DNA from: a virus
Taxonomy: Duplodnaviria > Caudoviricetes
Direction: 5' to 3' (one strand)
Length of the DNA: 28,179 nucleotides
Virus record (IMG/VR): IMGVR_UViG_3300025848_000153
Coordinates: 1-28,179 of that record
The position numbers were made by a program, and so were the translations under genes. The notes beneath the pieces are model-generated. The model searched no databases and was not told the origin of the DNA. It was given only the letters and a program-made list of their open reading frames with translations. Positions 1-9,484 of the stretch are shown here, in pieces (position 1 is the first letter of the stretch; every line of letters begins with the position of its first letter).

Positions 1-2
1 AC

Positions 3-173
3 ATAACGTCGATCATGTTTTATGTCGTAGTCGCGCGCACTGGCACGAGTGCCAAGGCATCCGCGAATAAGCTGGTGGGCTATGCGTCGCTTACGTCCGC
101 CGTCTTTACCGTATCGAGCGGCAATAAACTGATTATCAATCCCAGTGCGAACGGTCTGTTCGAGCTTACTTAG
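3..173 (+). CDS. 3' end of a phage structural/hypothetical protein (partial)
   Basis: Open frame from the window edge, ITSIMFYVVVARTG...GNKLIINPSANGLFELT*, ending TAG 171-173; same strand as the downstream virion operon. Confidence 0.6.
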   Translation: MTSIMFYVVVARTGTSAKASANKLVGYASLTSAVFTVSSGNKLIINPSANGLFELT

Positions 174-474
174 TCTAGCCATGCTCGCTGCCTGCGAGCG
201 CAAGCCGGAATGTCCCGACATTATGCAGCCGCCAGAGGTTATGGACCACGCGCCATCTGGCGCGGTTATCACGCGCGAACTTGGCATGGCCGATGTCGAT
301 GGTCTTTGCCGATCAATGGGCGCGGAACCTCATAGGGTCGGTTGTAGCCGGGGCAATCTGGTCATTATCCCAAGCCTGGACAGCGGGCGCTCGTATCAGG
401 GCTGTGTGCTCAGGCACGAATGGGGACACGTCAACGGCTGGCCTACGGACCATGCCGGAGGGAGAATGCTCTAA
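145..474 (+). CDS. small predicted lipoprotein with HExxH (zincin-like) motif
   Basis: Hydrophobic N-terminus ending in lipobox LAAC; CVLRHEWGHVNGW motif; TAA overlaps next ATG (TAATG). Start could be 181. Confidence 0.6.
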   Translation: MRTVCSSLLSLAMLAACERKPECPDIMQPPEVMDHAPSGAVITRELGMADVDGLCRSMGAEPHRVGCSRGNLVIIPSLDSGRSYQGCVLRHEWGHVNGWPTDHAGGRML

Positions 475-752
475 TGCCAATTCTAAAGACCATCACAAAC
501 GATAGCACGAAAGTTTCGGCCACGGTCTATCGTGTCACTGATCTGCATATCTCGTTTAAGCGAGACGGCACTGCCGAAACAATTATTACCGTGCAGGGCT
601 TTGTTGACGGCCAGGCCGGGGGCGCTGTTCATCCGTACCAATTCAAGGTGGCGAACACCCCGGCAAACATTCTCGATTGGGTAGAGAACAAGGTTATCAG
701 CTGGACGGCATTTACGGGCGGCACCATCGTCACCGAGGCATCGCTTGCGTGA
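474..752 (+). CDS. hypothetical protein (MPILKTITND...)
   Basis: TAATG coupling at 472-476 and GTGA coupling at 749-752. Confidence 0.65.
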   Translation: MPILKTITNDSTKVSATVYRVTDLHISFKRDGTAETIITVQGFVDGQAGGAVHPYQFKVANTPANILDWVENKVISWTAFTGGTIVTEASLA

Positions 753-1096
753 AGTGGATCGTCAGTTATTCGGACGGCACGACCGCAACTGATGAGGACG
801 CGGCTGCGTCTGACATTCCTCGCTGGGGCGTTATCTGCGTTGCCGTCAGGTCATACGATCATGGCCGCGTCATCTGGCACGGCGCGGACTATTACGCCTT
901 CGAGAATGGCGACTGGATCACGTGCGACCTTTGCGGGCTGCTCGATTACCTGACACGCCCAGGAACCGATAAAATAGTGCTTATTGGCCGATCCGTGCCG
1001 CTAAAAACATTTAGGGAGATATTCGAGCGCGCGGTTAGCGACCCTCGCTTACCGCCCAAATCATCCACTGACGCAGCCGAGAGACCGTTTCCGTGA
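749..1096 (+). CDS. hypothetical protein (MKWIVSYSDG...)
   Basis: GTG start overlaps the upstream TGA; TGA overlaps the GTG of the next gene. Confidence 0.65.
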   Translation: MKWIVSYSDGTTATDEDAAASDIPRWGVICVAVRSYDHGRVIWHGADYYAFENGDWITCDLCGLLDYLTRPGTDKIVLIGRSVPLKTFREIFERAVSDPRLPPKSSTDAAERPFP

Positions 1097-3834
1097 CCAC
1101 AACCCCGGTACTATCGCAAAGCCATTTCCGGGGCCGGTCGGATTCCTCGTCGGTCGAAACCGCACCAACATGGATTGCGGCGGTTGATACGAATTTCTCG
1201 GTCAACGTAGATACGACATTTCGTATTCGGTTCTGCATACAGGAAACAGCGGGCGGCAACCCCGCAGCGCACACAGTAAAGCTACAGGCCAACAAGAACG
1301 GCGGCGCTTTTCAGGACGTAACGACCGGCAGCACGATTGTGAAAGCAGTCGATGCCTCATCCGACGCTGACGAGGCTGCGGTTACAACGGCCCGCCTAGG
1401 CGGCACAGGCACCTACGTCACTGGCCGATATTCCGAGGACGGCTCCACCTCGACCAGCGTTGACTTGGCGGCAAATAATAACACCGAATACGAGTTTGGC
1501 GTTCAGATTGTCGGATCAAGCGTTGCGTTTGGAGATAAAATTCAGCTTAAGGTCGTTGCGTTAAGCGGAACGTCCATCACCGCGACGACGACGCCGACGA
1601 TCACCGCGTCATGCCTGCTGGTGAGGGGCGATCTGACCCTCACTGGTAGGGCTGCGAAGCTGACGGATTCATTCGCTGGTGTTAAGGGCGATCTGACGCT
1701 ATCGGGTAATACATCTTCGGTTGATTTTCTTTATTATTACTGGGTCGGCGGCACTGCGACATGGGACGGCACGGCGGGGAGTAAGTGGTCCTATCAAAGC
1801 GGCGGGACTGGTGGAGCGCCGGTCCCAGATTCTACTCACAGCGCAAGGTTTGATGCCAATTCTGGCTCTGGCACTGTCACGCTTGCCGATATTACCGGCT
1901 ACGATTGCTTGGCTAAATCGGTCATCTGCACAGGCTACACAGGCACCTTAGCAGTCGACGCCACGAACGGTTCAAGAATTAAGTGTTACGGAGACTTCAC
2001 CGCCGCGTCAGGGATGACGCTGACGCTTCCTGCGGGTAAAAATCTCAGCCTAGATTTTTACGGTAACGGCGTTTCGCACACGTTGACGAGCGCCGGAAAA
2101 TCATTCCGCAACTACCAGACTGGCGTCATCGTGAGTCTTTTCGGTGATACGTCCAGTAGCCTCTCCATTGCTGATAGCCTGACCGGATACCAAATCAACC
2201 CCCGTATTGGAACTTTCACTTGGGGGAATTTCGATCATTACATCAGCGTGATGCAGTCTGTTGGTGATGACGGAGCAGTTACCATCAATTGGGGAACCGG
2301 AACCGTCGAGCTTTATACGTTCACGGGAAATTCTGCTAACATCACGATCAACCCAAGCAGCGGCACCGTTTATTTGCGAAACGTGATCGACGGCAACAGT
2401 GCCTACTTTTATGGCTACGGGAAAACCTGGAACAACATCAAGGTTGGTTACAACACTGGCGGCAGCGCGGCCTCTTATCTCTACAGCGGCTTCACCTGCA
2501 ACGATCTTTATTGGGAAGCCAATACAAATCAGAAATACGAACACGGAAAGACCTTCGCGATTACGTCGCTTTCGATGCCTGCAAGTGGCGCGAACGCGAT
2601 TGCGGTCGATAGCGACGATGGCGTAAATACCTGGACGATTTCTGACAGCAGCGGCACTAATGACGCTTACGGCTGCACCATCACGCGCAGCTCGGCCACT
2701 GGCGGCGCTACGTTCAATTCGTACACCACGAACGGTAACGTCAACGGAGGGTCGAACACCGGCTGGCTATTTACTGCCACCACTTCCTTTACGGTTATAA
2801 ATGGCGAAATTCTCCTAAGCTCATCGGCATCGAGCATTGTCAACGCGCTCTTGTCTGTAAAGGGCGATCTGGCGATTTCCGGGAAGATCATCGGTATCGC
2901 AGACGCCTTTGCAACGGTAAAGGGGGGTCTGAGCCTCAGCGGTCAATCGGGCTCGATACAGACATATCAGCAGTATTTGTCGGTCAAAGGCGACATTATC
3001 CTTACTGGAAGTGCCGGGGCGCTTGCCACAGCCTTTGGTGGTATTAAGGGCGATTTATCGCTAACAGGCTCTGTAAGCTCGATTAGCGTTGGCCTTACGC
3101 TAACAAGCGTTGTCGGAAACCTAGTAATTTCCGGTAATGCTGCCAAGATCGCAGAAGTATTTGCCGGGATTAAGGGCGATTTAGTTATAGCTGGGCAGGC
3201 TGGCTCTATATCACAGGGTCAGCAATACACGCTAATCAAGGGCGATCTTGTCCTTGCTGGTAAGGCGTTGCAGTTAGCAGACGCCCTTGGTGGCGTTTTT
3301 GGCGGCATTACAATATCGGGCCGGTCCCTTGCTACCACGGCAGCGTTTGCGGGCGTCAAGGGCGACTTACTCATATCCGGGAAACCGGCACCCATAGTTG
3401 ACGCTTTGGGAACTTCTACCGGCACCATTTCGTTATCTGGTGGCGCTGGCGCTATTTATGACAGCCTAGAAGCACCACCTGCGCTGCTTACTCTCAGCGG
3501 GGCGCAAAGCCAAGCGGCATTTTCAATGCTCGGCGTCAAGGGCGATATTTATATGTCTGGCGCGTCTTTGAGCGTTGCCGACATGCTGACAGTCATCAAA
3601 GGCAGCATTGTACTTAATGGCCTGGATGTTAGTTACTTAATTCAGTCACAAGGTACCATTATCACTATTGTTGACGGACAGATCGCAGTCACGGGTGGGG
3701 TTATCTCGCACGGTATTATGTTCCCAGTTTCTCGCACGATCACGGCAAATAGGACTGATAACACTGTGAATGCAAGCAGGGGGAGCATCGTGATTAGCGC
3801 TGGCTCACACAACGGGATAGAGGTCTTATCGTGA
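1093..3834 (+). CDS. large Gly/Ser/Thr-rich virion fibre-like protein with ~20-22 aa (V/I)KGDLxLxG repeats
   Basis: 913 aa, beta-rich, 2 + ~15 repeats; lies immediately before the head-tail connector genes. Confidence 0.7.
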   Translation: MTTTPVLSQSHFRGRSDSSSVETAPTWIAAVDTNFSVNVDTTFRIRFCIQETAGGNPAAHTVKLQANKNGGAFQDVTTGSTIVKAVDASSDADEAAVTTARLGGTGTYVTGRYSEDGSTSTSVDLAANNNTEYEFGVQIVGSSVAFGDKIQLKVVALSGTSITATTTPTITASCLLVRGDLTLTGRAAKLTDSFAGVKGDLTLSGNTSSVDFLYYYWVGGTATWDGTAGSKWSYQSGGTGGAPVPDSTHSARFDANSGSGTVTLADITGYDCLAKSVICTGYTGTLAVDATNGSRIKCYGDFTAASGMTLTLPAGKNLSLDFYGNGVSHTLTSAGKSFRNYQTGVIVSLFGDTSSSLSIADSLTGYQINPRIGTFTWGNFDHYISVMQSVGDDGAVTINWGTGTVELYTFTGNSANITINPSSGTVYLRNVIDGNSAYFYGYGKTWNNIKVGYNTGGSAASYLYSGFTCNDLYWEANTNQKYEHGKTFAITSLSMPASGANAIAVDSDDGVNTWTISDSSGTNDAYGCTITRSSATGGATFNSYTTNGNVNGGSNTGWLFTATTSFTVINGEILLSSSASSIVNALLSVKGDLAISGKIIGIADAFATVKGGLSLSGQSGSIQTYQQYLSVKGDIILTGSAGALATAFGGIKGDLSLTGSVSSISVGLTLTSVVGNLVISGNAAKIAEVFAGIKGDLVIAGQAGSISQGQQYTLIKGDLVLAGKALQLADALGGVFGGITISGRSLATTAAFAGVKGDLLISGKPAPIVDALGTSTGTISLSGGAGAIYDSLEAPPALLTLSGAQSQAAFSMLGVKGDIYMSGASLSVADMLTVIKGSIVLNGLDVSYLIQSQGTIITIVDGQIAVTGGVISHGIMFPVSRTITANRTDNTVNASRGSIVISAGSHNGIEVLS

Positions 3835-4112
3835 GCGCATATCGCATCATCGGCCCGGGAGAAACTTTGATCTGGGACATTGACTGGGGTGCGGAGGGTT
3901 GGCTCGGCTCCGCCACCATATCAAGTTCTTCCTGGACCATATCTCCGACCGGCCCCGTGCTTTCTGGACAGATAAACGACAGCACGACAACGCAGACCAA
4001 AATTACCGGCTGCACCTATGGCGTTCAATACACGCTCCGAAACACGATCACGGCCAGTGACGGTCAGATCGGTGTCAGGGATGTTCAACTCCGCTGCACG
4101 GATAGCCCATGA
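3831..4112 (+). CDS. small virion protein, probable fibre adaptor
   Basis: 93 aa, WDIDW..WLG..TISSSSW pattern typical of small phage adaptor proteins; coupled to both neighbours. Confidence 0.55.
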   Translation: MSAYRIIGPGETLIWDIDWGAEGWLGSATISSSSWTISPTGPVLSGQINDSTTTQTKITGCTYGVQYTLRNTITASDGQIGVRDVQLRCTDSP

Positions 4113-4705
4113 GCCTGCATCTAATCACGGCCCCGGAAAGGCATCCCGTCACGCTAATAGAGGCGAAGGAGCATCTTCGCGTCGATGACAACAACTCTGA
4201 CGCCTATATCGACTCTCTGATCGAATCCGCTACCGCCATGCTGGACGGTAGGGATGGCATCCTTGGTCGATGCCTGGTGCAGCAGACATGGGAACTGCGT
4301 TTGCCGGACTGGCAACAGATCATTGAAATCCCGCTGCCGCCATTGGTGAGTGTATCGAGCGTGAAATACCTAGACACCAGCGGCGTGGAGCAAACGCTGT
4401 CGTCTAGCTACTACGACGTGATCGACCAGGGCTCTAGCATGGCGATCATACAACCCGCCTATGGTCAAAGCTATCCAAGCATCAGATCGCAGCCAAACGC
4501 TATTCGCATTCGCTATGTTGCGGGATACGCGAGCGTCTCGAATGGCGGTCTATCCGGCGCAATTCCGCGTCCCATTATCCAGAACCTTCTGAACCGCATA
4601 GGCGACATGTACGAGAACCGGCAGAACCGCATTGTCGGCAACGTGGTTAGCTCTATGTGGGACGAGGATGCCAGCTTAACGCCTTACATCGTTTCTTGGG
4701 TCTAA
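4109..4705 (+). CDS. head-tail connector (HK97 gp6 / phiE125 gp8-like)
   Basis: PVTLIEAKEHLRVD, CLVQQTW, IRIRYVAGY, MYENR motifs. Confidence 0.9.
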   Translation: MSLHLITAPERHPVTLIEAKEHLRVDDNNSDAYIDSLIESATAMLDGRDGILGRCLVQQTWELRLPDWQQIIEIPLPPLVSVSSVKYLDTSGVEQTLSSSYYDVIDQGSSMAIIQPAYGQSYPSIRSQPNAIRIRYVAGYASVSNGGLSGAIPRPIIQNLLNRIGDMYENRQNRIVGNVVSSMWDEDASLTPYIVSWV

Positions 4706-4706
4706 A

Positions 4707-5024
4707 ATGCAGATCGGCAAGGCGGATCGCAGAATAACGATCCAGGAAGTAACCGAAACGCGGACGAGCAGCGGGGCCGTCAGCCAATCTTGGTCAACGC
4801 TCGCGACCGTGTGGGCCAGTGTCGATGCCGAAGGCGGCAGCGAGGGTCTTGAGGCTGCGGGTGACAAGGCCCGCTCAACCAAGACATTCACTATCAGGTA
4901 TCGCTCGGATGTCACGGCAAAGCACCGGATAAGCTATGCCGGTGATATTTACGATATTACTTCTATTTCAGAAGTCGGCAGGCGGCAGGGTTTAGAAATC
5001 AAATCCACGGCGAAGGTCGAATGA
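4707..5024 (+). CDS. head-tail adaptor / head closure protein (SPP1 gp16-like)
   Basis: GKADRRITIQ, WSTLATVWASV, FTIRYRSDV, YDITSI motifs. Confidence 0.9.
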   Translation: MQIGKADRRITIQEVTETRTSSGAVSQSWSTLATVWASVDAEGGSEGLEAAGDKARSTKTFTIRYRSDVTAKHRISYAGDIYDITSISEVGRRQGLEIKSTAKVE

Positions 5025-5602
5025 CAAACCTAGTATCTATTGAGGGCGCTAGTGAGTTGGACAAGCTCCTGCAAATGTTGCCAGACGAGATTGCCAAAAA
5101 GGTTGTCTCTAACTCTCTAAGGGCTGGCGCTCGCGTTGTTTCTTCGGCGATGAAATCAAGATGCCCCATAGGTGCGGAGTCTCACATTTACAAATACAGA
5201 AAGAAGGGCAAGCCCACGGGTAAGGAGTTCAATCGCGAACCCGGTTTCGGAAAAAGGCAGATACGCGCAAGGCTGGCTAGAAATTCAGAGCTTGGAGAGA
5301 TTGCGGCTATTGTTGGAGATTCTGGAATATCGGCTGCCGCCCTCGCGGGCGTGGGGCCTAAGGCGTTCTACCTGCGCTTCCTAGAATATGGATGGGTTTT
5401 AACGAGCCATGCCGGGCGCAAAATCAGGCATGTTGCCGCCCGCCCGTTTCTCCGGCCATCGTGGGAATCTACGCAGATGGCAGCCCTCAACATGATCGGC
5501 TCAAAACTTGGTGCCGGAATTGAGGATGCGGCGGCGCGGCTTGCCGGACCATACGCCAAATCGGGATTTTCATCCCGCAATCGGTTTTTCATAGGCCGCT
5601 AA
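5021..5602 (+). CDS. HK97 gp10-like tail/neck protein
   Basis: N-terminal IEGASEL..LL, FYLRFLEYG, ARPFLRP motifs; synteny. Confidence 0.85.
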   Translation: MTNLVSIEGASELDKLLQMLPDEIAKKVVSNSLRAGARVVSSAMKSRCPIGAESHIYKYRKKGKPTGKEFNREPGFGKRQIRARLARNSELGEIAAIVGDSGISAAALAGVGPKAFYLRFLEYGWVLTSHAGRKIRHVAARPFLRPSWESTQMAALNMIGSKLGAGIEDAAARLAGPYAKSGFSSRNRFFIGR

Positions 5603-5992
5603 ATGACGATTGAGGCTGCGCTTTACTCCCGCCTGACGGACGGGGCCGGTGATCTATACCCGCTTGTCGCAACTCGCGTCTATCCGGTCAGGTTTCCGCA
5701 AGACTGTTTATTTCCCTGCGTCACCTATCAGCGAATTGCCGAGACGCGCTATTCAGCAATGGGCTCTGATACACAAATCGTAGATACAAGATTTCAGATT
5801 GACGGCTGGTCGGAAACCTTCGACGGAATGAGGCTTCTTTCTGCGGCCATAGTTTCAAGATTGCAGCGGTGGTCCGCAAGCAGCCCCGTCACCATTCAAG
5901 ACACATTCATTTCTTCGTCGAATGACGAATACGACGACGATGCCGAAATATATCGCGCCCTGGTTGATGTAAGGCTTATTTACGAGGAATAA
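5603..5992 (+). CDS. tail completion/terminator protein (DUF3168-like)
   Basis: IEAALYSRL, VATRVYP, P.VTYQRI, RFQIDGW motifs; synteny. Confidence 0.85.
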   Translation: MTIEAALYSRLTDGAGDLYPLVATRVYPVRFPQDCLFPCVTYQRIAETRYSAMGSDTQIVDTRFQIDGWSETFDGMRLLSAAIVSRLQRWSASSPVTIQDTFISSSNDEYDDDAEIYRALVDVRLIYEE

Positions 5993-5994
5993 AA

Positions 5995-6705
5995 ATGTCC
6001 ACGTTTATTCTAACGGATGCCGGGCTTTGGATTGGTCAGTACGCCTTGGCGGGCGTCTCCAATTCTCTAGCTGTGAGCCTGCAAGCAGATGTCCAGGACG
6101 CAACTGTTTTCGGGGCGGCTTATCGCGCGCGCGCGGCTGGCCTCAAGTCCTGCGGCGTTCAGGTGGAGGGCTATTGGGATTACGCCACGGACTTGGCGAT
6201 AACAAGCGGATCATTGGGGGCGGAGTTGCCGGTCACGGCTGCGGCCACAACGACAGTCGGAAACAAGGCTTACATATTCAAGGCCCTATCAGCCGAATAT
6301 CAGATCGGCGCTGCCGTTGGCGATATGTTCAAATTCTCAGCCGGGGCTCAGTCAACCGCGCCATGCGCGAGCGGGCTGCTGATGCAGAACGGTACAAAGA
6401 CTTCGACCGGAAACGGAACCGGGCAGCAGCTAGGCGCGATCTCAGCCACGCAGACGCTTTACGCAAATATACATGTGACAGCCGCCTCCGGCTCGTCTCC
6501 GACTCTCGATGTGACAATAGAGAGCGATGACAATGCCGGGTTTACCACTCCAACAACGCGCGCCACCTTCACGCAAATTACTTCCGCAGGCGCGGCTCAA
6601 AAAACGGTGTCTGGCGCTGTGACAGACGATTATTGGAGATTCAAATTCACGGTTGGCGGCGGTACGCCGTCCTTCGCAATAATCGGTTCAATGGGTATTT
6701 TATAA
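5995..6705 (+). CDS. tail tube-like protein with C-terminal extra domain
   Basis: N-terminus resembles the next gene (FILTDA...QDATVFG.AYRAR.AGLK vs FVLTDA...QDSTAMG.TYHAR.GGLK); RBS GAGGA. Confidence 0.7.
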   Translation: MSTFILTDAGLWIGQYALAGVSNSLAVSLQADVQDATVFGAAYRARAAGLKSCGVQVEGYWDYATDLAITSGSLGAELPVTAAATTTVGNKAYIFKALSAEYQIGAAVGDMFKFSAGAQSTAPCASGLLMQNGTKTSTGNGTGQQLGAISATQTLYANIHVTAASGSSPTLDVTIESDDNAGFTTPTTRATFTQITSAGAAQKTVSGAVTDDYWRFKFTVGGGTPSFAIIGSMGIL

Positions 6706-6715
6706 GGAGCTTCCT

Positions 6716-7126
6716 ATGGCAGCCTTTGTTCTTACTGACGCTAAAATTACCGTCAACTCTGTAAATCTCTCGGATCACGTAACCCAGGCCACGCTCAACG
6801 TAGTGGCTGAAACGCAGGATTCCACGGCTATGGGCGCGACCTATCACGCCCGGCTTGGTGGCCTTAAGGATGCAACGCTCGATCTGACTTTCAATCAGGA
6901 CTACGCTTCCAGCAATGTGGACTCCACGCTATTCGCATTGCTTGGGACATCGACGGCCCTCACCATTAAGCCGACGAGCGGCAGCACCACGTCCACCAAC
7001 CCGGAATATCAATTCACCGGGATACTGACGGACTACCAACCCTTCGGGCAATCCGTTGGTGACAGGGCGGCTGCCTCCGCGAAGTTCGTGATCTCGTCCG
7101 GCAACGTAACGCGGGCGGTGGCCTAA
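6716..7126 (+). CDS. major tail (tube) protein
   Basis: 136 aa, strong RBS AAGGAG, TNPEYQFTG motif, directly upstream of the tail chaperone. Confidence 0.8.
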   Translation: MAAFVLTDAKITVNSVNLSDHVTQATLNVVAETQDSTAMGATYHARLGGLKDATLDLTFNQDYASSNVDSTLFALLGTSTALTIKPTSGSTTSTNPEYQFTGILTDYQPFGQSVGDRAAASAKFVISSGNVTRAVA

Positions 7127-7476
7127 TGCTTAACCGGGAGGATATTCTCAAGGCTGACGATCTGCCGTTTGAAGATGTGGAGGTTCCCGAGTGGGGCGGG
7201 ATCGTGCGCGTCCGCGCGTTAATGGCCTCGGAACGAGATAGATGGGAGGCTATGACCTATCTTGATTCCAAGGGAAACGTGACAACGCCGCAGGACATCA
7301 GGGCCAAGCTGGTCGCGTTTTGTTGCGTCGATGACGAGGGGAACCGCCTTTTTTCCGAGGATGACATCTCCGCGCTCGCCAAGAAATCGGCGCGCGCGAT
7401 GAATAGGCTATGGGCGGTTGCCTCGCGGCTATCCGCCGTCCTCTCGTCGGATGTGGACGCACTCGCAAAAAACTGA
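7126..7476 (+). CDS. tail assembly chaperone (lambda gpG equivalent)
   Basis: VEVPEWGG.VRVRAL, CVDDEGNRLF motifs; ends in slippery A AAA AAC then TGA. Confidence 0.9.
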   Translation: MLNREDILKADDLPFEDVEVPEWGGIVRVRALMASERDRWEAMTYLDSKGNVTTPQDIRAKLVAFCCVDDEGNRLFSEDDISALAKKSARAMNRLWAVASRLSAVLSSDVDALAKN

Positions 7477-7685
7477 AAAAGCGCCAGACGAGGCGGTTTC
7501 AATTCTCGCTGGCGCGCGAATTAAAAATGACACATGCGGAGATGATGTCTCGAATGACATCGCACGAGCTCTCTGAGTGGATGGCTTATTTCAGGCTTGA
7601 AAACGAGGACATGGACAAGCGGCAGCGTGAAGCATCGGCTGTTGCTGGTGCGGATGCGCGCGCGCGGAAGGCGCTGAGAAAATGA
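7467..7685 (+). CDS. -1 frameshift extension of the tail chaperone (gpGT equivalent)
   Basis: -1 frame open from the slippery site: LKKRQTRRFQFSLARELKMT...ELSEWMAYFRLE. Confidence 0.8.
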   Translation, partial: KKLKKRQTRRFQFSLARELKMTHAEMMSRMTSHELSEWMAYFRLENEDMDKRQREASAVAGADARARKALRK

Positions 7686-9484
7686 CGACAACGATTGGCG
7701 CTCTAAACGTCCCGCTGTCCATGAACACGGCGGCGTTTACCGCTGGCACACAAAAGGCGCGGCAGGAATTATCGTCTCTCGCGGCCAACTCAAATCGGAT
7801 GCTTGCCGTAATTGATCGCTCATTCAAGAGCACAACGGTCAATGTGACCAATATGGCGAAGGAGCTTGTCAGCCTTCGCGGCCTTCTCGGAGCGGCTGGA
7901 ATAGGGGTTGGGGCTGCGGGCGTTGCCGCTTTTGCCAGGTCCGTGATTACCAGCACGGCGGCCCTTGTGGATCAAGCCAAGCAGGTTGGCGTTTCTGTCG
8001 AGGCCCTGCAAGCCTACAGGGCTGCGCTAACGGACAACGGCGGAAGCGCCGAAGTTATGGACCGCATCCTTGCGCGCCTCACGGATCGCATTGGCGAGGC
8101 GCAGGCTGGGTCGAAAGAAGCCCGCGAGCGTTTTATGGCGCTCGGCTTGTCGGTCAATACTGTATCAAGCGCTTTTGCTAAAGCGGAAAACATCTTGCCG
8201 CTTGTAGCGCGTGGCGCAGCGGGTATGTCCAGCGAAACGCAACGCCTGAACGCCCTCAACGAATTGCTTGGTGACAAGCTGGGCAAATACGTTGTGCCAG
8301 CAATGGCAGAACTTTCCAAATCGGTTTCTGAGGTTACAGAAAAACAGAAAGAGCTTGGGCGGGTTGTCTCTGGCGACACCGCAAAGAAAATGAATGATGC
8401 TGTTACCAAGATGGGGCAATCTTGGGAGCATTTGAAGGCGCAAGCAGCGCCAGCGCTAAGTTTTATTGCCTCTGAGCTAACGGCGATTTTATGGTCTGCC
8501 AATAAGATTGTTGACGCCCTTAAGGCGATGGGCTCAAGTTTTAGCCAGGGCGCAAATATGGCAATGGGAACTACAAACCCATTGGCATCTAAGGCGTGGA
8601 CAACGCCCGGCGCGAGGTCAACGACAAGCAACCTCCCAATGGATTTACCGGTTGCAAATCTCGATCTTCCGGCAGGCGCAATCACGAAATCACCGCTTGC
8701 CGGGTATCGCGTACGAGACGAGGCGGCAAAAGCCAGCGCCGAGGCGATGGCCGAGTTTACGGCCAACGCTCAAAAGCAAATCGCTGAAGCAAATAAGGTC
8801 TGGTACGACGGATTTAACCAGCGCCGTGAGGACGATTACCGCTCCTGGATCGAGTCGATGCGTTACGCTCGCGAGTGGAGTGAACTCGTTTCAAGGGGCG
8901 TAGATGACGCAAATGCGAAGCGAAAGGCGCAGAATGACGAGATAGTTGCGCACTATCAACAAATGTCCGAGGAGATGAAGCAGCGTCAAGCGGAAACAAA
9001 CCGATTCATCGCAATGTCTGCCGCCGAAAACATCATGGCCCTTGGTGAAGCGGCTATGCAGGGCTCTAAGAATTTCTTGCAGGCGATGGGGAGCATGATC
9101 CTTGGCGTTGCGCAATTAATAATCAAGCTGCAAATCGCGAAGGCAATCGAATCGTCCCTCGGTTCTGGCGGCGGTGGCGGCGGTGGCGGGTTTTTCGGCG
9201 GGATACTTTCGGCGTTTTCTGGTTTGTTTGCGGAAGGCGGCACAATCCCTGCGGGTCAGTGGGGTATCGCTGGCGAAAGGGGGCCGGAAATAATCCGCGG
9301 TCCCGCAACCGTCACGCCGATGAAGGATGCCGCAACGGACCAGCGGGTTTTTGTCGAAATATCCCTGAGCGATGATCTAAACGCTAAAGTGTTGCGCGCT
9401 TCCAGCAATGTCGTTGCGCATTTCAGCAGGCATGTTCTTCCCAATCGCGTCATGCAAATTGCAAACGATAGCAGGGTAAGGTAA
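7682..9484 (+). CDS. tail tape measure protein
   Basis: 600 aa, Ala-rich and helical, IGALNVPL N-terminus, C-terminal FAEGG...GERGPE; follows the chaperones. Confidence 0.92.
   Translation: MTTTIGALNVPLSMNTAAFTAGTQKARQELSSLAANSNRMLAVIDRSFKSTTVNVTNMAKELVSLRGLLGAAGIGVGAAGVAAFARSVITSTAALVDQAKQVGVSVEALQAYRAALTDNGGSAEVMDRILARLTDRIGEAQAGSKEARERFMALGLSVNTVSSAFAKAENILPLVARGAAGMSSETQRLNALNELLGDKLGKYVVPAMAELSKSVSEVTEKQKELGRVVSGDTAKKMNDAVTKMGQSWEHLKAQAAPALSFIASELTAILWSANKIVDALKAMGSSFSQGANMAMGTTNPLASKAWTTPGARSTTSNLPMDLPVANLDLPAGAITKSPLAGYRVRDEAAKASAEAMAEFTANAQKQIAEANKVWYDGFNQRREDDYRSWIESMRYAREWSELVSRGVDDANAKRKAQNDEIVAHYQQMSEEMKQRQAETNRFIAMSAAENIMALGEAAMQGSKNFLQAMGSMILGVAQLIIKLQIAKAIESSLGSGGGGGGGGFFGGILSAFSGLFAEGGTIPAGQWGIAGERGPEIIRGPATVTPMKDAATDQRVFVEISLSDDLNAKVLRASSNVVAHFSRHVLPNRVMQIANDSRVR

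Noticed and set aside
8014-8766. 250-aa minus-strand ORF
   Set aside because: Antisense shadow of the tape measure gene with no motifs
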